A DNA stretch of 64,000 nucleotides, from the NCBI GenBank assembly GCA_965213665.1, contig CBDBZW010000002.1:48064-112063 (forward strand). Reading direction: 5' to 3'. Below, piece after piece: positions 10,024-17,279 of the stretch. Below the pieces are notes generated by a model. The model saw only the letters and a program-made list of their open reading frames with translations, did not search any database and had not been told where the DNA came from. The position numbers and the translations under genes were made by a program. Each line of letters opens with the position of its first letter. Position 1 is the first letter of the stretch. Source of the stretch: Longimicrobiales bacterium (GTDB lineage Bacteria; Gemmatimonadota; Gemmatimonadetes; Longimicrobiales; Gaopeijiaceae).

Positions 10024-10671
10024 CTACTGTTGCTCCGCCACGCCAAACACGCGCTGGAACCAGGCGACAAACCGCTCCGTGGCAACGCTGTCGACCCCGA
10101 AATAGCGAGCTTTGATCGCGATGCCGTACGGGCGCCCCGGCTCCCTCTGCCAAGCCAGCCACGTATGGAGCTCTGCCTTCCGGCTGTTTCCATCGGAGTA
10201 TTGGGCCCCGAGCTGCCTCGCCCGTCGTGCGGAGGCTTCAGCATGGGGAAGCAAGGGATCGCCCTCGCCGATCAGATCCCGCAGAAAGTCCTCCAATGCG
10301 CCCGTCTTCCGATTGTCCGGCATGAGCCACACGCCCACCCGGGCACCGTAGGTCGTCGATTCACCTGCAAAGCCAGACTCGGGAATCTCGTCCGGGGCTG
10401 GAATACCGACGTTGCTCAGTTGCGCGGTGACCGCCTTCCAGGTGTCTTGCGGACTGTTGTTGGCGTCCAACACAAAGCCGACCGACTGGCCGGTTCCAGC
10501 TTTGACGGCGACGGGGATGGCAGCAAGCACTTTCCGCTTGCCCCCCGCAACCCTGAAGTCCGGCAGGGCATGGCGATCGAATCCACACTGAATCAGCAAG
10601 TGGCCGATCGCGTGCTCGTCGTCCGAGCCCTCCACATACAGCAGGTGACTGTCCCCGGCGGGTCGAGTCAT
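10024..10671 (-). CDS. Small Toprim-like / DUF3226-like protein, partner of the upstream ABC ATPase
   Basis: ATG at 10671 shares one nt with the ATPase stop (TGATG); an alternative TTG lies at 10674. The N-terminus reads SHLLYVEGSDDEHAIGHLL, followed by FVLDANN and WLMPDN..GALEDF acidic motifs. The family assignment is from memory and has not been searched. Confidence 0.6.
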   Translation of the reverse strand: MTRPAGDSHLLYVEGSDDEHAIGHLLIQCGFDRHALPDFRVAGGKRKVLAAIPVAVKAGTGQSVGFVLDANNSPQDTWKAVTAQLSNVGIPAPDEIPESGFAGESTTYGARVGVWLMPDNRKTGALEDFLRDLIGEGDPLLPHAEASARRARQLGAQYSDGNSRKAELHTWLAWQREPGRPYGIAIKARYFGVDSVATERFVAWFQRVFGVAEQQ

Positions 10672-11741
10672 CAACGGAGCTCGATGCTGAGGTCGGCCGC
10701 GGTAACAATGTCTTCCGCACCGAAGCTCACGCTCTGATCCAGTTGTCGTTCGATCTTATGGACGGACACCGCCTCTCCCAGGTTCGGCTTCTTCCTGAGC
10801 AGCGCCGCAAGGCCGACGATGCAGTCCAGGCTATGCGTCGTGGCAAAGACCTGAATCGACGCTGCAACTGCCGCGTCAATGACGAGATTCCACATTTCCT
10901 CCATGATGGTCCAATGAAGTCCGGTGTCGATCTCGTCGATCAGGAGAAATCCCCCTGCGGTCCGTACCAACGAAAGCGACAGCGCAAGGAGACGACGCAT
11001 CCCGTCGCCGTGGCTGCCGATAGGAATGCGTGGACGGCCGTCCCGGAATCCAAGCAGGACGCCACCGAGACCACCGCCGCTTCCCGCAGAATCGCCGGTA
11101 AGAAAGTGTATCGATTGCAGATCCTTCTGGAGGATCCTCATGGTTTCGACCACTTCGAGTTCCCGCCCCTCGCGAATGACCCGGTTCCAGGAACCGGCCA
11201 TCTCACGGGTGTGCAGCGACTCGGCGGTAACGAACTGAACTGGGGGTTTCGTCGAGCGCATGCTCGCCGCGTGCCGCACCGCCCGTGCACTCCAATCAAG
11301 AGAACCGTTCTCGGTGAGGGGAAACCGGATAGGATCCTCGTCGCCTCCCGCCCGGATCGACAGAGCCAGGGGTTGACCGGTGAAGATATCGGCAGTTTCG
11401 CCGAGTTCACCTTCGACGATGCGAATCCGAACCCGACCAAACCCGTCACGTGAGGAGACGGCAAGAGAAACGCCGGGTTCTAGGGTGTGGCCGTGGAAAT
11501 GGTGGCGCAGGGGGTAGCGGACAACCCGTGCCCGGTCCTCTCCACTGTGCGACTCCGACCGACGCCGTGCCGATTCGACCAGAACACGAGGATCTCCCTG
11601 GGACACGAGGAGCTGAACGGCTTCCAGCACCGAGGTCTTCCCACAGTTGTTGGGACCGACGAGCAGGTTCACCGTGCCCAGTTCGCGAAGCCGGTACGCC
11701 TCAAAGCCCCGGTAGCTTTCCAGTTTGAGGGTGCGGATCAT
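10671..11741 (-). CDS. ABC-type (AAA_21/AAA_15-like) ATPase
   Basis: Walker A GPNNCGKTS, signature-like SHGDGMRRLLALS, Walker B FLLIDEIDTGLH, H-loop FATTHS. The start was chosen at MIRTLKLESYRGF, typical of this family; an upstream TTG at 11780 is possible. Confidence 0.8.
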   Translation of the reverse strand: MIRTLKLESYRGFEAYRLRELGTVNLLVGPNNCGKTSVLEAVQLLVSQGDPRVLVESARRRSESHSGEDRARVVRYPLRHHFHGHTLEPGVSLAVSSRDGFGRVRIRIVEGELGETADIFTGQPLALSIRAGGDEDPIRFPLTENGSLDWSARAVRHAASMRSTKPPVQFVTAESLHTREMAGSWNRVIREGRELEVVETMRILQKDLQSIHFLTGDSAGSGGGLGGVLLGFRDGRPRIPIGSHGDGMRRLLALSLSLVRTAGGFLLIDEIDTGLHWTIMEEMWNLVIDAAVAASIQVFATTHSLDCIVGLAALLRKKPNLGEAVSVHKIERQLDQSVSFGAEDIVTAADLSIELR

Positions 11742-11804
11742 AGCCAGGGTTCCAGGCTTGGGCGGGTCAGCATCTCGCAAGGGAGTCCGGTCACTCGTGA
11801 AGCC

Positions 11805-13550
11805 CTACTCGGCCGGATCCACCCGCAAGGTGACGATGTCGGTGTCCTGGTAGCGGTGGTGACGGACGGAGCTGGCGAGGTGGCGCAGCAGCCGCAGCGA
11901 GAACTCGTGCCGTTCGGGTTGGGCCGCCGCATGGCCGCCGATCACCGCGAGCTGGTCTTCGATATTGGCCTCCGCGCCCGACGCCAGAAACTCCAGCTCG
12001 GCGCCGCCGCCGTCGGCCACGACGGTCAGTCGCAGTCTGCGCAGCCGGGTGGGGGCGCCGTCCTCTTCGTCCTGCCCGGTGAGCAGCAGGAGCGTTTCTT
12101 CCGCAGCCTGGGTCAGACGGGTTGTCGTGCCGCCCGCCAGTCCCCGTGCACCGGCGAAGTCCTCCAGGAACCGACGGATGCGATCCAGTGAATCCACCTC
12201 CAGGGTGGTGTCGAGACGCTTGCGGCGCGGTCCCGAGAGCTCGACGAAGGTGGTCAGCAGGAGCGCGGTGAGTCCGCCCGAGGTCATGCCGTTCGAGAGC
12301 ATCTGTGCGAGGAAGGGCGAGAGTGCCTCGGTGGGGATCTGGCCGTTCTGGAAGCCGGCGCCGACCCAGAACGAGACGCCCACGATCGTGGCCTTGCGGT
12401 AGTCCATTCCGTCCTGCACCACGATCCGCGCGCCCAGCATGAAGAGGACGGCGATGATGACCATGATAAAGCCGCCGATCACCGGATTGGGGATGCTGAG
12501 CAACAGGGCGGCGAACTTGGGGAAGAACGCCAGGACGCAGAGGATGAGGCCGATGCAGAGGCCGACGCGCCGGGCCGCGATGCCGGTGATCTCGGCGATT
12601 GAGACGCTGCTCGAATAGGTGGTGTTGGGCACCGTGCTGAAGAGTCCCGACAGGAGATTGCCGAGGCCGTCCGCGGCGACCGCTCCCTGGACTGCGCGGT
12701 AGTCGGTGGCCCGCGGCTCGCGCCAGGAAACGCGCTGAATGGCGACCGAATCGCCGATGGTTTCGATTGCGCCGACCACGGTGACGAAGACGAAGCCGGG
12801 CAGGAGCGCCCAGAAGGCGGGGCCGAGGTCGAGGCCGAACCCGGGCCAACCGCCGGGAACGCCGAACCATGCCGCCTGCACAAGAGGGGCGCCGTCGAGG
12901 ATGCCGTAGTACCAGGCCGCGATGCAGCCCGCGCCGACGCCGATGAGCGGACCCCAGACGCGCGCAGGACCGGAGGAGCGCAGGAGCACCGCCAGCGTGA
13001 CGCCGAGGGTGGCCAAAGCGACCGCCGGACCCGCAACGGGATCGGCGCCGGCGGGGAGATCGCCCAGGAAGTCGAAGACGAAGGGCATCACATTGACCGC
13101 GATCAGCATGATGACCGTGCCCGCGACCGTCGGGGTTATGAGCCGCCGCAGCAGCGAAAGCCGTTGCGCAAGCACGAACTGGAAGAGCGACGAGACGACG
13201 ATCAGGGTGGCGAGGAGGAAGGGACCGCCCTCCTGCAGCGCGGTCACCGCCACCGCCATGAAGGCGGCCGAGGTGCCCATCATGAGGACATAGCCCGCGC
13301 CGAAGCGGCCGACGCGCACCGCCTGCACGACTGTGGTCAGGCCGCTGACCAGGAGCGCCGCGAAGGCCCCCCACGCCAGATAGTCCTCGCCGCCCCCCGC
13401 GCTGCGGATCACGATGGCAACGCTGAGCACCGTTCCCCCGACCGCGGTGATGCAGTACTGCGCCGCGAGTCCGGCCGACAGCGCCCACGCCGGCTTCTCG
13501 TCGGCCTGGTAACGAATGGCGGATTCCCTTCCGCCCGATGGTGCAGTCAT
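11805..13550 (-). CDS. Nucleobase:cation symporter (NCS2, xanthine/uracil permease family) with a roughly 150-aa cytoplasmic C-terminal extension
   Basis: Multi-TM protein with the NCS2-type segment ...AVQGAVAADGLGNLLSGLFSTVPNTTYSSSVSIAEITGIAARRVG. The soluble tail runs LDTTLEVDSLDRIRRFLEDFA...TVVADGGGAELEFL. The start ATG at 13550 overlaps the upstream stop (ATGA). Confidence 0.8.
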   Translation of the reverse strand: MTAPSGGRESAIRYQADEKPAWALSAGLAAQYCITAVGGTVLSVAIVIRSAGGGEDYLAWGAFAALLVSGLTTVVQAVRVGRFGAGYVLMMGTSAAFMAVAVTALQEGGPFLLATLIVVSSLFQFVLAQRLSLLRRLITPTVAGTVIMLIAVNVMPFVFDFLGDLPAGADPVAGPAVALATLGVTLAVLLRSSGPARVWGPLIGVGAGCIAAWYYGILDGAPLVQAAWFGVPGGWPGFGLDLGPAFWALLPGFVFVTVVGAIETIGDSVAIQRVSWREPRATDYRAVQGAVAADGLGNLLSGLFSTVPNTTYSSSVSIAEITGIAARRVGLCIGLILCVLAFFPKFAALLLSIPNPVIGGFIMVIIAVLFMLGARIVVQDGMDYRKATIVGVSFWVGAGFQNGQIPTEALSPFLAQMLSNGMTSGGLTALLLTTFVELSGPRRKRLDTTLEVDSLDRIRRFLEDFAGARGLAGGTTTRLTQAAEETLLLLTGQDEEDGAPTRLRRLRLTVVADGGGAELEFLASGAEANIEDQLAVIGGHAAAQPERHEFSLRLLRHLASSVRHHRYQDTDIVTLRVDPAE

Positions 13551-14425
13551 GGTTCTCTTCCTCCGGTTGCGGCCAGCGCCTCGTTCACCGCCGTCACCAC
13601 GGCAAGCGGCAGATCCTCGATCTTGTCCAGCATCCACTCCAGGTAATCGGGGTGCGCGGCCGCCACGGCGTCCAGCCGCTGATCCTTGTGCTTGCCCCGC
13701 TGGAAGACAAGTCCCCCCTGCGCCTCGCGGAACCAGCGCTCAATGGGGGTCGCGAAGGGCCTGATCCGGTCGCAGTAGGCGTGAAGTTCACCCATGTCGC
13801 CGGGCAGCCTGGAATAGCGCGCCAGTTGCGCAGCCAGCACCGCCGCGGTGATGCGCGTGTCCCCTTCGGCGCTGTGGGCGTCGTCGTGTTCGCGGTCGAG
13901 GTAGAAGCGAGCCGCCGCCGCCAGATTGCGCGGTTCCTCGTGGTGGAAAATCTGCTGCACATCGATGACGCGCCGGTCCTCCATGTGGAAGCGCACGCGC
14001 GCGCGGTCGAACTCGTTGAGGAGGAAGGGCAGATCGAAGCTGCGGATGTTGAATCCCGCCAGGTCGCAGGGCTCAAGCAGTGTGGCCAGCGCCTTCGCGC
14101 GTCTCTGAAAGGGCGCCTCGCCGGCCACGTCCTCGTCGCGAATCCCATGAATCCGCGATGCCTCGTCCGGAATCGGCATCTCGGGATTGAAGCGGCGCAC
14201 GCGGCTCACCTGTTCACCATCGGGCCGGACCAGGAGCACGGCCATCTCCACGATCCGGTCCTGGGCGGGGTTAAGTCCGGTCGTCTCCAGGTCGAAGAAG
14301 GCGAGCGGGCGGTCGAGCTTGAAGTCGAAGCTGGTTTCCACGGGGGGATTGGTCGGCTGGTGGGGGGACCGGTTGCTTGCCACGGGGGACCGGTTGGCTG
14401 GCCGGGGGGATTGGATGGCTTGCAT
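13547..14425 (-). CDS. DnaQ/epsilon-like DEDDh 3'-5' exonuclease
   Basis: Motifs FFDLETTGL, IHGIRDEDV, AGFNIRSFDLPFL and HSAEGDTR. The start is uncertain: ATG 14425, GTG 14341 (which would give METSFDFKLDRPLAFFDLETTG) or GTG 14500. Confidence 0.75.
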   Translation of the reverse strand: MQAIQSPRPANRSPVASNRSPHQPTNPPVETSFDFKLDRPLAFFDLETTGLNPAQDRIVEMAVLLVRPDGEQVSRVRRFNPEMPIPDEASRIHGIRDEDVAGEAPFQRRAKALATLLEPCDLAGFNIRSFDLPFLLNEFDRARVRFHMEDRRVIDVQQIFHHEEPRNLAAAARFYLDREHDDAHSAEGDTRITAAVLAAQLARYSRLPGDMGELHAYCDRIRPFATPIERWFREAQGGLVFQRGKHKDQRLDAVAAAHPDYLEWMLDKIEDLPLAVVTAVNEALAATGGREP

Positions 14426-14465
14426 GGGTGACCGGCTGGATTTCGCGGGGGTCCGCCTTGTCCAT
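14342..14465. repeat. Tandem array of six 19-22-nt units at or just upstream of the exonuclease start
   Basis: Units: ggggggattggtcggctggt / ggggggaccggttgcttgccac / gggggaccggttggctggcc / ggggggattggatggcttgcat / gggtgaccggctggatttcgc / gggggtccgccttgtccat. Unit lengths vary and are not all multiples of 3. Confidence 0.8.
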
Positions 14466-14514
14466 GGCCGGATAGTGTAGCGCAAGGCGGGCGGTTGCAC
14501 ACATATTGCGGGTC

Positions 14515-15561
14515 ATGCGCGCCATTGTCATCCCCGAGTTCGGCCCCCCGGAGGTGCTTCGCCCCGCCTCCCTGCCGAACCCCGTACCGTCCGCGAACGA
14601 GATCGTGGTGCGGGTGCGCGCATCGGGGGTGAACCGGGCCGATCTGCTGCAACGACGCGGGCTCTATCCGCCGCCGCCGGGCGTAACGGATGTGCCGGGG
14701 CTGGAGTTCGCGGGCGTGGTCGAAGAGCTTGGACGCGGGGCGGGGCGCTGGCGGGTCGGCGACCGGGTGATGGGGATCGTCGCGGGCGGGGGCTACGCCG
14801 AACGGGTGACGGTCGACGCCGGGGTCGCGCTTCCCATTCCGGCGGCCATGGCCATGGCCACGGCGGGCGCGATTCCCGAGATCTACATCACCGCGTGGGA
14901 TGCCGTCTTTCGACAGGTGGGGCTGCGGGCGGGCGAGACGCTGCTGATTCACGCGGTCGGCAGCGGCGTGGGAACGGCGGCGCTACAACTGGCGCGGCGA
15001 GTGGGGGCCCGCACGATCGGCACATCTCGCACCCCATGGAAGCTGGAACGCGCGCTGGAGATGGGGCTCGATGCGGCGCTGGCGGGCGAAGGCGACTGGG
15101 ACGCCGCCGTGCGGGAGGCGACGGGGGGGCGGGGGGCCGATGTGATCCTGGATCTGGTGGGTGGACCGTACCTGGCGCGCAACCAGGCCGCGATCGCGAA
15201 TCGGGGGCGGCATGTGGTGGTGGGGGTGCCGGGAGGGGTCCGCGAACAGATCGATCTGCGGCGGCTGATGGCAAGCCGCGCACGCATTTTCGGCACCGTG
15301 CTCAGGGCCCGAAGTGTGGGGGAGAAGCGCGACCTTGCGCGCGCATTCGAGGCCTCGGTGCTGGCCGGCTTCGTGGACGGCGCGCTTGAGCCTGCGATAG
15401 ACTGTACCTTTCCCGCATCCCGCGGCGCGGACGCGCACCGCCGCATGGAGGCCAACGAGAACTTCGGCAAGATCGTGCTGACCTGGCAGGATGGCGGCGG
15501 CGGAAGCCGCCGGGCAGGGCGGACGCGCGAGCGAATCCGGGAGGCGCCGGATCGTCGGTGA
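14515..15561 (+). CDS. qor: NAD(P)H:quinone oxidoreductase (zinc-type ADH superfamily, Qor/PIG3-like)
   Basis: MRAIVIPEFGPPEVLR...VRASGVNRADLLQRRGLYPPPPG and AVGSGVGTAALQLA Rossmann motif. Length is typical for the family. Confidence 0.8.
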   Translation: MRAIVIPEFGPPEVLRPASLPNPVPSANEIVVRVRASGVNRADLLQRRGLYPPPPGVTDVPGLEFAGVVEELGRGAGRWRVGDRVMGIVAGGGYAERVTVDAGVALPIPAAMAMATAGAIPEIYITAWDAVFRQVGLRAGETLLIHAVGSGVGTAALQLARRVGARTIGTSRTPWKLERALEMGLDAALAGEGDWDAAVREATGGRGADVILDLVGGPYLARNQAAIANRGRHVVVGVPGGVREQIDLRRLMASRARIFGTVLRARSVGEKRDLARAFEASVLAGFVDGALEPAIDCTFPASRGADAHRRMEANENFGKIVLTWQDGGGGSRRAGRTRERIREAPDRR

Positions 15562-15656
15562 ACCGGACTTGCCGCCAAACGGACTGGCCGACAACCGGAC
15601 TGGCCGACAACCGGACTTGCCGACAAAGGGACTCGGCGTTCACAGGCACTCGCGAC
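15561..15656. repeat. Tandem array of six 16-nt units between the qor stop and the next RBS
   Basis: Units: aaccggacttgccgcc / aaacggactggccgac / aaccggactggccgac / aaccggacttgccgac / aaagggactcggcgtt / cacaggcactcgcgac. A 16-nt period is incompatible with coding. Confidence 0.85.
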
Positions 15657-15672
15657 AAGAGGAGAGGGTGAA

Positions 15673-15852
15673 ATGGATTTACTTGACTTTGGGACGATCC
15701 GCGTTCTGGCCGGACTCGCGGCCATGGTGCAACTGGGGTTGCTGGTACTGCTGTTCGTGGTGGCCATCGAGATGATCAGGTTCCTGCGGGCCGCCAACCG
15801 GTTGTTGCCGCGGCTGCACCGGTGGCTCGACAGAGCGGAGGGTTCGCCGTGA
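15673..15852 (+). CDS. Small (59 aa) single-pass membrane protein; below the ORF-track size cutoff
   Basis: My own translation: MDLLDFGTIRVLAGLAAMVQLGLLVLLFVVAIEMIRFLRAANRLLPRLHRWLDRAEGSP. A strong RBS GGAGAGGG lies 5 nt upstream. Its stop overlaps a GTG of the next gene (GTGA). Confidence 0.45.
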   Translation: MDLLDFGTIRVLAGLAAMVQLGLLVLLFVVAIEMIRFLRAANRLLPRLHRWLDRAEGSP

Positions 15853-17279
15853 GGACGGCGCCGTCGCGCAGCGCTCCGGCGCGCAGGTTCCCCGCACCCC
15901 AACTCCCCGCCGTGGGGCCCCTTGCCGCGGCTGCGCTGGCCATGGCCGTCCTCCTTCCCCCCACCCTCTCGGCGCAGCCTCCACCCCAGACCGACCCGCG
16001 CATCTACGAGATCGTCGCCGCGTCGTCGCCCGGCCGCGTGGAGACCGACATTCGCGCTCTGGCCGGATTCGGCACCCGCAACACCTTCTCCGACACCCTC
16101 TCGGCCACGCGCGGAATCGGGGCTGCCCGGCGCTGGATCAAGGCCGAGTTCGAGCGCATCTCGGCGGCGTGCGGCGGCTGCTACGAGGTTGTCTACCAGC
16201 GCAATCTGGTCACATCCGAGGTCAGCCCGCGCATCCCGCACGACACCTGGGTGGTGAATGTTCTGGCGATCAAGCGCGGCACCGTCAACCCGAACCGGTA
16301 TGTCATCATGTCGGGCGATATCGATTCGCGGGCATCGAATGGTTCCGACGGCGAAACCGACGCTCCCGGCGCGAACGACAACGCATCCGGAATGGCGGGC
16401 GCAATCGAGGCGGCGCGGCTGCTGGCCAACCACGAGTTCGGCAATTCGGTCATCCTGGCAGGTCTCTCGGGCGAGGAACAGGGGCTTTGGGGCGGACGTC
16501 ACATGGCCCAGGTTGCGCGCGAGGAGGGCTGGGAGATCATCGGCGTCCTCAACAACGACATGATCGGCAACATCGAAGGGGTGGACGGGGTGATCGAGAA
16601 CAACACCTTTCGCGTCTTCTCGGAGCCGACCCCCGTCACCGACACCGAACAGGAACGCGCGCGCTACCGGGTCTTCGGGGGCGAAGTGGACGGTCCCTCG
16701 CGGCAGCTTGCCCGCTATGTGGCCGCCACCGCCGACGCCTACATTCCCAATCTCGACCCCATCATGATCTACCGCCTGGACCGCTTCGGGCGCGGCGGCC
16801 ATCACCGGCCCTTCAACGACGCCGGCTTTGCCGCGGTGCGGATCATGGAGACGCACGAGAACTACACGCGCCAGCACCAGGACATCCGGGTCGAAGACGG
16901 AATCGCGTACGGCGATGTGATCGAGGGGGTGGACTTCGACTACGCGGCAAAGATGACCGCGCTGAATGCGGCCGTGCTCGCGCGCCTGGCCTGGGCCCCG
17001 CCCGCGCCTGCGAATGTGATGATCGGGGGTGCGGTGCGGCCCTCCACGACGCTGGCCTGGGATGCGGTCGACGATGGGCGGGTGGCCGGTTACAAGGTCT
17101 ATTGGCGTGCCACGACGGCGCCGCAGTGGGAGCGTTCGCGCTGGGTGGGCGACGCGACCGAATTCACGCTCGAGGGACTGGTGATCGACAACTATCTGTT
17201 CGGGGTGGCGGCGGTGGGCCGCGATGGCAACGAGAGCGTGGTGGCCTTTCCGCAGGGCCAGATCCGGCGGAGAGAGTGA
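15822..17279 (+). CDS. M28-family aminopeptidase with a C-terminal fibronectin-III-like domain
   Basis: NDNASGMAGAIEAARLL and LSGEEQGLWGGRHMA metal-ligand regions. The C-terminal ...LAWDAVDDGRVAGYKVYWR... is FN3-like. Start is GTG 15822 or GTG 15849. Confidence 0.75.
   Translation: MARQSGGFAVRTAPSRSAPARRFPAPQLPAVGPLAAAALAMAVLLPPTLSAQPPPQTDPRIYEIVAASSPGRVETDIRALAGFGTRNTFSDTLSATRGIGAARRWIKAEFERISAACGGCYEVVYQRNLVTSEVSPRIPHDTWVVNVLAIKRGTVNPNRYVIMSGDIDSRASNGSDGETDAPGANDNASGMAGAIEAARLLANHEFGNSVILAGLSGEEQGLWGGRHMAQVAREEGWEIIGVLNNDMIGNIEGVDGVIENNTFRVFSEPTPVTDTEQERARYRVFGGEVDGPSRQLARYVAATADAYIPNLDPIMIYRLDRFGRGGHHRPFNDAGFAAVRIMETHENYTRQHQDIRVEDGIAYGDVIEGVDFDYAAKMTALNAAVLARLAWAPPAPANVMIGGAVRPSTTLAWDAVDDGRVAGYKVYWRATTAPQWERSRWVGDATEFTLEGLVIDNYLFGVAAVGRDGNESVVAFPQGQIRRRE

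Noticed and set aside
8370-10115. 581-aa plus-strand ORF
   Set aside because: It is antisense to the BNR-repeat protein gene. The translation is Gly/Ala/Val-rich with no motifs.
11791-13488. 565-aa minus-strand ORF in an alternative frame of the permease gene
   Set aside because: The frame starting at 13550 gives a clean NCS2 multi-TM protein. This alternative frame is Arg/Gly/Pro-rich nonsense.
14342-14465. CRISPR array as an explanation for the three tandem arrays (also 15561-15656 and 49037-49160)
   Set aside because: The units are directly adjacent with no unique spacers, are only 16-22 nt long, and no cas genes are present. They are simple tandem repeats.
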